A stretch of DNA of 32,000 nucleotides from Gemmata obscuriglobus (GTDB taxonomy: Bacteria > Planctomycetota > Planctomycetia > Gemmatales > Gemmataceae): NCBI RefSeq assembly GCF_008065095.1, contig NZ_CP042911.1, positions 840,001 to 872,000 on the forward strand, read 5' to 3'. The notes under the pieces are model-generated. The model was not told the DNA's origin. It did no database searches and saw only the letters and a program-made list of their open reading frames with translations. Positions within the stretch are counted from its first letter, which is position 1, and each line of letters starts with the position of its first letter. Both the position numbers and the translations under genes were made by a program. Shown one piece after another: positions 16,403-24,715 of this stretch.

Positions 16403-16705
16403 TCAATCGGTGACCGCGGTCACCCGACCGACAACGGCCGAGCGGTGCGCCCAGCCGTTGATTTTGCCGACGTTGTTCCCGATCAGCAGTTGGTCTCCGT
16501 TCACCTCTTTCACGAGGTGCAAGAGGAACCCGCCACGCCACGCGACCAGTACCACATCGCCAGCGCTCACCGTCGCCGGATCGGCGGGCGCGATCGTGAC
16601 GAGTTGGCCGCTTTCGATCCGCCCGCGCATCGATCCGCCGGTGGGGCGCACCTGGACCGTCCGCCCCTCTGACAGGCCCGCTCGTGCGTCGTTAACCCAG
16701 CCCAT
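16403..16705 (-). CDS. Stand-alone S24 (LexA/UmuD)-like peptidase domain protein, 100 aa
   Basis: ATG 16705-16703 is the only canonical in-frame start between this domain and the upstream gene's stop (16837). GGSM (Ser25) and HLVKEV (Lys66) are spaced 41 aa apart, like the Ser-Lys dyad of LexA/UmuD. GDVVLV and DQLLIGNN strands are present. Third-position G/C bias is strong. The rest of track ORF 16403-17785 is a shadow of the M61 gene. Confidence 0.55.
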   Translation of the reverse strand: MGWVNDARAGLSEGRTVQVRPTGGSMRGRIESGQLVTIAPADPATVSAGDVVLVAWRGGFLLHLVKEVNGDQLLIGNNVGKINGWAHRSAVVGRVTAVTD

Positions 16706-16836
16706 GCAAATACCCTGTCCCAGGATCGAACCCGCAAGGGCTTGTACCTCGCCGACACCCCGGCAGAACTCAACCGGGTGAAGACACCGACGGGCGAAGG
16801 GCGGTTCACTCAGAACGGAACCGCTCCTCGTCGCGG

Positions 16837-18723
16837 TCACTTCGTTTTCGACCCCATCAGTTCGCCGAGCACATCGGGCTTGCCCGCCGTGCGGTCGAGG
16901 CGCGGGTACCGCAACCCGTCCTTGTAGTCGAGCGCGTGGGTCTTGAAGAAGTCGCCGCTTTCGGCCAGCAGTTCGAGCTTCCCGCCGGCTTTTGTCGCGC
17001 CGACGGCGGCCTTGAGCCCGTCCGGCGAGAAGCGGCGACCGTTCACCGCGATCAGTTTCATCCCGGGGGCGAGTCCCGCTTTCGCGGCCGGCGAGTTCGG
17101 GACCGTGTCCCCGACGAGTCCGTCCGCGCTGACCGAGAACCCGACCGAATCGGAGAGGTTCACTCCCTTCGCCAGCCCCTCCATCGTCGTGAACAGATCC
17201 GTCGGCTTGTCGGAGTAGGCGAGTGCCCAGCCTCCGCTCGTGATGCCGTCCAGCGGCGGCGCCTCCGCCACCGCCTCGACCCGGCGGGCGAAGTGCCCCT
17301 TCCAGTCGTAGGGCGCCACCTCGTTGAGAGCCTTCAGCACGTCGTCGAGCGCATAGCGCTCCACCGCGGGTGCGCCCGTTCCGGTGCCGAAGAACGCCTT
17401 GCAGAAGTCGTCCAGAGTCTTCGCGCCCTTCGTCCGGGTGCGAATCAGCACGTCCGCTTCGAGCCACAGCAGCGTGCCCTCGTCGTAAAAATCCACCGAC
17501 CGCCGGGCCGACCGCCACGCCCCCGTGGCGTCGAACAGCGTGCTGGCGGCCGCCGCGGTGTCGTCCAGCGGGCGCCACCCGCGGGCCTTCACGTTCGACA
17601 TGCGGGCCGCCGTCATCGCGAGGTAGTCGCGGCCCTCGTCGGGCGTGTACAGCCCGCTCCGCACCGCCAGCAACCATCCCAGATAGTTGGTCAGCCCTTC
17701 GTACACCCACAGCAGCCGCGTCTGCTGCGGCTGCTGGTAGTCGCGTTTGAGCATGTCGGCCGGGCGCCGGTACTTGCCGTTCCAACTGTGAACGAACTCG
17801 TGCGGGAACAGCGTTGCGGACGCCTTCCGCTCGCCAGCTTTTACCAGCGCGAGTTCGGCGAGGCGGTTGTCGCTCGACTGGTGGTGCTCGATGCCCGCCC
17901 GCGGAATGTGGTTACTCAGGCCTAGTAAGAAAGTGTAGTTGGTGTAGGGTTTCGCCGGCCCGAACAGCTTCTCGGCCTCACCCGGGAGCCGCTTCCACGC
18001 GGCGAGGGTCGCTTCGGGTGCGTCGAGGCCGGCGGCGCTGTCGCACGCGATAAACACCCGGTGTTTGCCGTTCGCCCCGTCGAGGGGCACCTCGCGCACG
18101 TGCTCCCCCGCCAGGAGCGGCGAATCGACGAGCGTGCCAAGGGGCACCGACCCGAAGGTCGTGACGCCGCCGGACGTTCCTTTGGCCGGGAGAGCGGTGC
18201 CGCACACCCAACCGGCCGGCAGCGTCACCGCCGGGGTGAAGGTGAGTTCCTCCAGCGGCGCCGCACGCGGCGCGTCCAACTTCGGGTACATCAGCACGTC
18301 GTTCCAGTTCAGCATCAGCAGCTTCGGCGACGCGACCGTCATGAACTGTGCCCCGCCCTCGGCGCCGGCCGCGAGCAGCAGGTCGAACGTGACTTCGATC
18401 TCCTTCGCGCCGTCGGGCACTGCTACGGCGACGGTGAACGGGTCGGCGTCGTCGCGCTTCCACGTGAGCGCTTTGCCGCTCGCCGCGGCGCGGAACTCGG
18501 TGACGTTGGCGATCTGACCGACGGGCCGGTGCCGCCCCGGGATCCACTTCGGGTAGTGCAGGGTGAGCGACTCCGACTGCGCCGGGATCACCTCACGCAC
18601 GTGGATCACCTTCCGCGCGACCTCGGACGCGTCGACGTGGAGCCGGATCTCTTCAGCCGCCGCAGGGGGCGGGAACAGCGTGAACGCCACGAGGGCAAGA
18701 ACAGCGAGCGCGGAACGCGGCAT
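16837..18723 (-). CDS. M61 family glycyl aminopeptidase with C-terminal PDZ domain, secreted
   Basis: The start is taken at ATG 18723-18721 (MPRSALAVLALVAFTLFPPPAAA signal). The zinc motif is HEFVHSWNGKYRRP (HExxH). The PDZ-like segment is GLAPGMKLIAVNGRRF. The overall length is typical of M61. Confidence 0.85.
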   Translation of the reverse strand: MPRSALAVLALVAFTLFPPPAAAEEIRLHVDASEVARKVIHVREVIPAQSESLTLHYPKWIPGRHRPVGQIANVTEFRAAASGKALTWKRDDADPFTVAVAVPDGAKEIEVTFDLLLAAGAEGGAQFMTVASPKLLMLNWNDVLMYPKLDAPRAAPLEELTFTPAVTLPAGWVCGTALPAKGTSGGVTTFGSVPLGTLVDSPLLAGEHVREVPLDGANGKHRVFIACDSAAGLDAPEATLAAWKRLPGEAEKLFGPAKPYTNYTFLLGLSNHIPRAGIEHHQSSDNRLAELALVKAGERKASATLFPHEFVHSWNGKYRRPADMLKRDYQQPQQTRLLWVYEGLTNYLGWLLAVRSGLYTPDEGRDYLAMTAARMSNVKARGWRPLDDTAAAASTLFDATGAWRSARRSVDFYDEGTLLWLEADVLIRTRTKGAKTLDDFCKAFFGTGTGAPAVERYALDDVLKALNEVAPYDWKGHFARRVEAVAEAPPLDGITSGGWALAYSDKPTDLFTTMEGLAKGVNLSDSVGFSVSADGLVGDTVPNSPAAKAGLAPGMKLIAVNGRRFSPDGLKAAVGATKAGGKLELLAESGDFFKTHALDYKDGLRYPRLDRTAGKPDVLGELMGSKTK

Positions 18724-18803
18724 AACGGCTTCTCCGGTACGAGCGGAAGCCGACATGATACCCGCTCGCCTGTGAAGTTGCGCACCAGCCGCCAGAAACG
18801 CAA

Positions 18804-18829
18804 ACGGCTCGCCCACTTGGGCGAGCCGT
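18804..18829 (-). terminator. Terminator-like hairpin downstream of the 938-aa gene
   Basis: ACGGCTCGCCCA-CT-TGGGCGAGCCGT has perfect 12-nt arms. On the minus strand it is followed by TTGCGTTTCT. Confidence 0.45.
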
Positions 18830-18855
18830 CGCTTGTGTTCCAGCCGTTCATTCAC

Positions 18856-18881
18856 CCAGGCGGGCTCTGGTGCCCGCCTGG
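18856..18881. repeat. Palindrome CCAGGCGGG-N8-CCCGCCTGG immediately after the stop of the 938-aa gene
   Basis: A 9-bp stem, read directly. It shares the CCCGCCTG core with the 5755-5823 palindromes. Confidence 0.6.
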
Positions 18882-18887
18882 AGCTCA

Positions 18888-21704
18888 TCAGCCGACGAAC
18901 ACGCCGCCGAGGAACCCGTCGAACGCGGCGATGGCGCTGAGGGCCGTAAAGTTACTGCCGTCGAAGGTGCGCACCAGCGCGTTGCTGCCCGGCCCCGGCC
19001 CGACCAGGATGTCGGGAACCGCGTCGCTGTTGAGCCGCCCCAGGGCCACGCGGGCGCCGCCCGTGCCCGGGATCGTGGCGATGGTCGCACCACCCGTCGC
19101 GACCGTCGTGCGCTGGAACACCTTCACCTGGCCGTTCACGCCCGGCCCGGTGCCGACCACGAGTTCCGCGAACCCGTCGGCGTTCAGGTCGCCCGCCGCC
19201 ACGTTCACGCCACCGTTGAACCCTGAGAACGCGATGAAGCTGAGCACAGTGCTCCCGGTGCGCGTGAACGCCTTCACGTGCGCCGGGCCGGTCGCGCTGC
19301 CCACGACGATCTCGTCGGCGCCGGTCCCGTCGTAGTTGCCCGCCGCCACCGTCACGCCGCCGGTGGACCCGTCGAACGCGATGAAGCTGGACAGCAGCGT
19401 GTTGTTGGCGAAGCTGAACGCCTTGACGTGCGCCGCGCCGGACCCGGTGCCCACCACGATGTCGCCGCGGCCGTCGCCGTCCACGTCGCCCACCGCGACG
19501 TTCACCCCGCCGGTGAACCCCGAGAACGAGAAGAAGCTCGAGATCAGCGCCCCGGTGGCGCCGTCGAACACCTTCACGTGGCCGCCGGCCGCCCCGGCCC
19601 CGGCCCCCACCACGATGTCTTCAACCTGGTCGCCGTTCACGTCGCCGGTGGCCACGCGCACGCCGCCGTTGAACCCGTCGAACGCGAAGAAGCTGAACCG
19701 CAGCGAGCCGTCCTGGTTGTACACCTTCACGTGGCCGTTGGCGCCCGCGTCCGCGCCCACCGCCGTCAGGTACACCGGGGTCGCGGCCGGACCCGGGTCG
19801 TTCGCCCCGCCGGTGCTGTCGAACAGCGTCACGGTAACCGTCGCGGTGCTGACCGTGAGCCCGTCACTCACCTGCACCGTCAAGTTGAACGTCCCGGTGC
19901 CGAGTGCGGCCGGAACGGCGACGGTGAGCCGGCCGGTCGCCGCGTCGATGGCGAAGGCGCCGCCCGTGTTGCCGTCGGTGATGCTGTACGCCAGCGGGTT
20001 GCTGTTCGCGTCGCTCGCGACCACCTGACCGACGAGCGCGCCCGCCGGGCTGCCGATCGGCAGTTCGAACGTCTGGTTGGCAACCGCCGGCGCCACGTTG
20101 CCGGCCGCGGCGGGGGAGCTGAAGTCGACCGTCCCGCGCGTGGCCACATCAACGCTGTGGTCCACCACCTGCTCGATGAACGCGAGCGAGTCGGACGCGA
20201 AGGTGTTGTTGCGGGCCGAGGTGTTCGCCCCGGCGCCGGCGGCGTTCAGGTTGATGATCGCCCGCGCCGCGCCGGTCGGTAGGTAGTTCGCGAAATTGTT
20301 CCCGCCGGTGCTGGTGCCGAGGGCCGTGCCGCCGCCGCCCGCGTCCGCCAGGCCGACGAAGACCAGGGGAGGAATTTCCTCGCCCTGCGGGATTGTTACG
20401 GTCTGCACCCGCAGCCCGGCGATCGCGTTGTTGTTGAGGTCCGCGCCCTGGATCAGGGCCGTCCCGCCGTTCACGTCGATCCCGACACCGGTGCCCGTGA
20501 AGGAGCCGTTGAAGATCGTCGCGACCGAACCGGCCTGAATGCTCACGCCGGTCCCGGTGGCCGTGCCGGTGATGACGTTGCCGCCGCCCAGTTGCGCCAC
20601 GCCCTTCGACTGGATCAAAATCCCGGTCTGCACGTTGGTTAGCGTGTTGCCGAGGACGAGCACCGGGCCGTTACTCGAGAAGTCGTACCCAGGGAACTCG
20701 ACGGGGCTGAGCCACGCCAGCCCGACGTTCGCACCGGTCACCGTGTTCCCGGCGTAGGTCACGACCCCGTCAGGGCCGGAGTGCGAGGTGATGACGAACG
20801 CCTGCTGCAGGTTCGCCGCCGGGTTCACGCCAGCGGCGTTCAGGAACTGGTTGCCGCTGACGGTGATGTTGCTCCCGTGGGAGTGGCCGTTCTCCCAAAT
20901 GCCCACGATCCGCTGCGGGTTCGCGACCGCGGCCGCGTTCAGCACCCGGATCGTGTTCCCCGTGATCCGCAGCCCTTCGTAGGTTCCCGGGAAGAACGTC
21001 TCGGACTGAATCCCGACCGTACTCGAGTTCGCCGTGGACCCGGCCACATCGCCGGGGATCTCGATCAGGTTGTTCGAGATCGTCTGCCCGGTGCCGAAGC
21101 TGAAATTGATGCCGATGTTCTGGGACACGTCTGCCGGGGCCGCCGCCGTACTCAGGTCGGTCGCGATGCGGATCCGGTTGTTCGTGATGGTCGTGCCGGA
21201 GTAGGCGCCCGCCCCGGCCCCGCTCGGGTCCCCGTACATCCCGATCCCGAGATCGAAATCGAGCAGGGTCAGGTTGGAAAACGTCCACCCGGTGTTGGTG
21301 CCTGCCCCGCCGGGGAAGTAGAACGCGCCCTCGAGGTCGAAGTCGGGTAGGTCGCCCGGACCCTGAATCACCGCGGACCCCAGCGACGCGGCGGTCACCG
21401 TGACGTTGTCCAGGCCGTCGTTGATGGTGATCGCGTACTCGTCCCCGGTGTCCGCAAGGCCGTCGTTGCCCAGCGCCCAGGCGGCGGCAGCGTTCGGCTC
21501 GGTCCAGTCGAAGTTACCGCTCAAGATAACGGTGTCGCCCGGGCTGACGAAGTTAGGGCTAGCGGGGTCAGTGAACGCGTCGGCCAGGATGCGGTAGTTG
21601 TTGTTCGTCGCGGTGAACCCGCTGGTCAAGGCCGTGATTTGGATGGTTGCTGGGGTGAATCGGTTTTCGAGCGATTCAGTCGTCAGGCGAACTCGGTTGC
21701 GCAT
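18888..21704 (-). CDS. Large surface/adhesin-like protein: parallel beta-helix region + cadherin-like domain + six FG-GAP/VCBS-type propeller repeats
   Basis: Residues ~95-500 carry repeated xxITNNRIRI / ISNNLIEI / ITGNTIRV / VSGNQFLN / GNTVTGA / GNTLTNV turns typical of right-handed beta-helices. Residues ~537-628 read VANQTFELPIGSPAGALVGQVVASDANSNPLAYSITDGNTGGAFAIDAATGRLTV...LTVQVSDG, which is cadherin-like. Residues ~645-938 hold six ~50-aa repeats, HVKVF..G.L..SF.AF.GF.GGV.VA.GDV.GDG..DIVVG.G. Confidence 0.8.
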   Translation of the reverse strand: MRNRVRLTTESLENRFTPATIQITALTSGFTATNNNYRILADAFTDPASPNFVSPGDTVILSGNFDWTEPNAAAAWALGNDGLADTGDEYAITINDGLDNVTVTAASLGSAVIQGPGDLPDFDLEGAFYFPGGAGTNTGWTFSNLTLLDFDLGIGMYGDPSGAGAGAYSGTTITNNRIRIATDLSTAAAPADVSQNIGINFSFGTGQTISNNLIEIPGDVAGSTANSSTVGIQSETFFPGTYEGLRITGNTIRVLNAAAVANPQRIVGIWENGHSHGSNITVSGNQFLNAAGVNPAANLQQAFVITSHSGPDGVVTYAGNTVTGANVGLAWLSPVEFPGYDFSSNGPVLVLGNTLTNVQTGILIQSKGVAQLGGGNVITGTATGTGVSIQAGSVATIFNGSFTGTGVGIDVNGGTALIQGADLNNNAIAGLRVQTVTIPQGEEIPPLVFVGLADAGGGGTALGTSTGGNNFANYLPTGAARAIINLNAAGAGANTSARNNTFASDSLAFIEQVVDHSVDVATRGTVDFSSPAAAGNVAPAVANQTFELPIGSPAGALVGQVVASDANSNPLAYSITDGNTGGAFAIDAATGRLTVAVPAALGTGTFNLTVQVSDGLTVSTATVTVTLFDSTGGANDPGPAATPVYLTAVGADAGANGHVKVYNQDGSLRFSFFAFDGFNGGVRVATGDVNGDQVEDIVVGAGAGAAGGHVKVFDGATGALISSFFSFSGFTGGVNVAVGDVDGDGRGDIVVGTGSGAAHVKAFSFANNTLLSSFIAFDGSTGGVTVAAGNYDGTGADEIVVGSATGPAHVKAFTRTGSTVLSFIAFSGFNGGVNVAAGDLNADGFAELVVGTGPGVNGQVKVFQRTTVATGGATIATIPGTGGARVALGRLNSDAVPDILVGPGPGSNALVRTFDGSNFTALSAIAAFDGFLGGVFVG

Positions 21705-22095
21705 CGGTTTAGGATCGTGGGGGGGATGGGGCCGGGATAACCTTCCGAAAGCGACACCTGCGAGGGTCGGGAGGGCACGCAGGTAAGCGCCGGCAGTCGT
21801 CGTCAGGCACGAACTATTGCCGGCGCTGCAGAGTCATTCTGCCCGCAGTGGCATTTATAACCGCGGAGCGTCGGCATTGATTACGGCAGAATGCGACTTT
21901 ATTGAAGGTCCGTGAACTCGCATCGCACTATTAGCTTAAAAAATAGCGAATTCGTGGTAGAGAGGAACCATTTTAGGGTCTCATAAGAAACCCTTGTGGT
22001 TATTGTCTCATCAAAATTCGCCACCCACAAATGGACAATTTTTGTTCAGCCGCCAGCACCTCGGCATCCACTTGTCATGCTGTATTACCCAAAAC

Positions 22096-22131
22096 CAGTT
22101 TACACAGTTTGCACAGTTTACACCGTTGACA
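22096..22131. repeat. Four tandem 9-bp units CAGTTTACA-CAGTTTGCA-CAGTTTACA-CCGTTGACA in an AT-rich intergenic island
   Basis: Read directly. Each unit contains a TT(T/G)(A/G)CA hexamer resembling a -35 box. Confidence 0.8.
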
Positions 22132-22155
22132 CGGCGTAGTGAACCCACAAATTAT
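22126..22155 (+). promoter_or_regulatory. Candidate promoter TTGACA-N18-AATTAT facing the SWIM-SNF2 gene
   Basis: TTGACA is at 22126-22131 and AATTAT at 22150-22155, ~200 nt upstream of ATG 22355. This is a pattern match only, and planctomycete promoter rules are poorly known. Confidence 0.2.
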
Positions 22156-22354
22156 TTTTTCGCTGCCGCCTTAAAGGTCGCACAACGCATTTAAACGGGC
22201 GAGGCGTGGCGGAAGTGCTTCCGCCCCCGCTCCGCTTACCGCAACTGAACTGAACCGCAAGGCACCAGACGCTCTGCACGGCGGGCGAGCGTGCTGGCAC
22301 GGTACAATGGGCGGCGCGAACCGTTCCGCGGTCCGGGTCGGCGAAAGGAAACGC

Positions 22355-24598
22355 ATGCTCCGCGAAGTGCAGATCGACATCCGGCGACAGCGGGCGAGGG
22401 CCACGAAGTTCGCAATCGAGAACTTGGGCAAGAACCGCGTGTTCTCGGACTACCGGGTTACCAACCCGGAGTCCGGCGGGCAGTACACGGTTTCGATTAA
22501 AGGGTTCGAGGTGGGGGACAACGCCTGCACGTGCCCGGACTTCAAGGCGAACACACTCGGCACCTGCAAACACATTGAGGCCGTGCTCGACCACCTCAAG
22601 GACGAACTGCCGGCACACCTCCAGAAAAAGAAAGCGGTCGTCACCCGGCCCGAGATCTTCCTTCACTACGGCGAGCAGCTTCAGGTCGGGGTTCACCTCC
22701 CCCCCCGGCACTCCGACAAACTCGGGCGGCTGGCGCACGCCTACTTCGACGACAAGGGGCTGTGGTCCGGACGGGGGAAGTACCCGGACCTCATCCGCGA
22801 CGTGGAGGCGGTGCCCGAAGAGGTCACCGTAATGTCCGACGCGCTGGAGTTCATCGACCGCGAGATCGAGCGCGCCGAGATGCTCGCCCGCGAGCAGGAG
22901 TGGTTGCAACAACTGGAAGCCGGCACGCTCGACATGCCTCTCCTCTCGGTGCCGCTGTACGACTACCAGATGCGCGGGGTGCTGTTCCTCGCGTGCCGGG
23001 GCCGCAGCATCCTCGGCGACGACATGGGGCTCGGGAAAACCGTACAGACGCTCGCGGCGGTCGAGCTGCTGGCCCGCGAGCGCGGCATCCGCCGCGCGCT
23101 GGTCGTCGCCCCGGCTTCGGTCAAGTACCAGTGGGAGACCGAGATCCGGAAGTTCACCGCGCGGCCCGTTCAGGTGATCGAGGGCGGCCCCGGGGTCCGG
23201 CTCGACCAGTACGCCGAGCCCACCTTCTTCCGGCTCGTCAACTACGAACAGGTCGTGCGTGACCGCGAGGCGATCAACGCCTGGAAGCCCGACGTGATCG
23301 TGCTGGACGAGGCGCAGCGGATCAAGAACTGGGAGGCGAAGACCTCGCGCGAGGTGAAGAAGCTGCGGAGCCGGTACGCGATCGTTCTGACCGGCACCCC
23401 CCTGGAGAACCGGCTCGAGGAGCTGTACAGCATCGTGCAGTTCGTGGACGAGCGCCGGTTCGGCCCGGCGTTCGAGTTCCTCCACGAGCACCGGGTGCTG
23501 GACGAGAACGGCAACCTCAAGGGGTACCGCAACCTCGACAAGATCCGCGAGAAACTCGCGCCCATCTTCCTGCGGCGCACCCGCGGCGAGGTGCTCACGC
23601 AGCTCCCTGCGCGCACGGACAACACCGTGTTCGTGGAACTCGCCGACGAGCAGCGCGGCCCTTACGAGGAGCAGCGGGTCACGCTGGCGCGGCTCCTTCA
23701 AAAGAACTACCTGACCGACCTCGACCGGAAGCGCATCCTCGCGTCGCTGGTGAACCTCCGCACCATCTGCGACAGCCTGTTCCTGTACGACAAGCAGACC
23801 CGCGTGTCCCCCAAGCTGGACGAGTTCGCGGAGCTCGTCCCCGAACTCGTCAGCGATCACAAGCTGGTGGTGTTCTCGCAGTGGGAGACGATGGCGATGG
23901 AGGCCGCGAAGGTGCTCGACCGGTTGGGCGTGGGCTACGTGCTCCTGCACGGCGGCCTGCCCGGGAAGGAGCGCAAGGCGGTGCTCGAGCGGTTCCAGGC
24001 CGACGCGGCGTGCAAAGTGTTCCTCAGCACCGACGCGGGCGGCACCGGCCTGAACCTTCAAATGGCGGACACGGTGGTGAACCTCGAACTGCCGTGGAAC
24101 CCGGCGGTGCTGGAGCAGCGCATCGCCCGGGTCCACCGGATGGGTCAGAACCGCCCGGTGCGGGTGATCAACTTTGTCACCCGTGGCACAATTGAGGAGC
24201 GGGTGCTGCGCACGGTCGAATCGAAGCAGGCGCTGTTCGCCGGGCTGTTCGCGGGCGACGCGGACGAGATCCCGTTCGAGGCGGTCGGCACCGGCAGGTT
24301 CCTCGACACCATGCGCGAACTGGTCGAGACGGGTGCAGAAGCGGAGGACGGCGGGCAAAGGGCCAGCGACCACGATCAGAAGACACAAGGCGAGTGCGTG
24401 CCGGCCTTACCGCCGTCACCGCTTGCGGCCCGGCCCTTGCCTTCCGCGTGGCACGGATTGGCCCAAATTGTAGAAGGTGCGTGCGCGGTGCTGGCTGATC
24501 CGGACGCGATGCAGCAACTGCCCCCCGAGGTACGCGAGCGGCTGCGCGCCGCTATCCGCTCACTTGACAGCCACTTCCGTTCAGAACCGTCGAATTAG
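22355..24598 (+). CDS. SNF2-family ATPase/helicase with N-terminal SWIM zinc finger
   Basis: ATG 22355 (AAGGA 6 nt upstream) is preferred; ATG 22307 is the alternative. The SWIM finger is CTCPDFKANTLGTCKHI. SNF2 motifs: DDMGLGKT (I), LDEAQRIKN (II), LTGTPLENR (III), and helicase-C FLSTDAGGTGLNLQ and QRIARVHRMGQ (VI). A ~110-aa C-terminal extension has no motif I recognise. Confidence 0.85.
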   Translation: MLREVQIDIRRQRARATKFAIENLGKNRVFSDYRVTNPESGGQYTVSIKGFEVGDNACTCPDFKANTLGTCKHIEAVLDHLKDELPAHLQKKKAVVTRPEIFLHYGEQLQVGVHLPPRHSDKLGRLAHAYFDDKGLWSGRGKYPDLIRDVEAVPEEVTVMSDALEFIDREIERAEMLAREQEWLQQLEAGTLDMPLLSVPLYDYQMRGVLFLACRGRSILGDDMGLGKTVQTLAAVELLARERGIRRALVVAPASVKYQWETEIRKFTARPVQVIEGGPGVRLDQYAEPTFFRLVNYEQVVRDREAINAWKPDVIVLDEAQRIKNWEAKTSREVKKLRSRYAIVLTGTPLENRLEELYSIVQFVDERRFGPAFEFLHEHRVLDENGNLKGYRNLDKIREKLAPIFLRRTRGEVLTQLPARTDNTVFVELADEQRGPYEEQRVTLARLLQKNYLTDLDRKRILASLVNLRTICDSLFLYDKQTRVSPKLDEFAELVPELVSDHKLVVFSQWETMAMEAAKVLDRLGVGYVLLHGGLPGKERKAVLERFQADAACKVFLSTDAGGTGLNLQMADTVVNLELPWNPAVLEQRIARVHRMGQNRPVRVINFVTRGTIEERVLRTVESKQALFAGLFAGDADEIPFEAVGTGRFLDTMRELVETGAEAEDGGQRASDHDQKTQGECVPALPPSPLAARPLPSAWHGLAQIVEGACAVLADPDAMQQLPPEVRERLRAAIRSLDSHFRSEPSN

Positions 24599-24715
24599 TG
24601 TCGCGCGAAGGGCCGTTGGTACGGGTCATGCAAGTTCTACCTCCGCTGAACCGGCCCGGCGTGGATCGCCGGCCGAACGAACGGCTCCCCACCCGGGCAG
24701 CCCCGGAGGACACAG

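Noticed and set aside
16706-17785. Upstream 360 aa of track ORF 16403-17785 (-)
   Set aside because: It overlaps the M61 peptidase gene (HEFVH motif) in another frame and is Arg/Gly-rich. Only the last 100 codons (16403-16705), which lie outside the M61 gene, look real.
18724-18888. Extension of the M61 ORF to 18888, which would abut the stop of the 938-aa gene
   Set aside because: ATG 18723 starts a clean signal peptide. The extension runs through two terminator-like hairpins (18804-18829 and 18856-18881).
18061-20282. Plus-strand ORFs 18061-19335 (424 aa), 19278-20282 (334 aa) and 19336-20028 (230 aa)
   Set aside because: They are antisense to the M61 and FG-GAP/cadherin genes and have low-complexity Arg/Pro-rich translations.
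22096-22131. Tandem repeats as a CRISPR array (FG-GAP DNA repeats at 18891-19772 were also considered)
   Set aside because: The 9-bp units have no spacers. The FG-GAP repeats are in-frame coding repeats. No cas genes are present.
21994-22194. 66-aa TTG-initiated ORF inside the AT-rich island
   Set aside because: It has no SD, atypical composition and no codon bias like the neighbours. It spans the 9-bp repeat array and is more likely non-coding.
21780-22306. AT-rich island as a mobile element or integration scar
   Set aside because: There is no transposase or integrase ORF, no terminal inverted repeats or flanking direct repeats that I could find, and no tRNA nearby. It is kept only as a regulatory or sRNA candidate.
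22118-24388. 756-aa minus-strand ORF opposite the SNF2 gene
   Set aside because: It is a shadow ORF. The plus strand carries complete SWIM and SNF2 motif sets.
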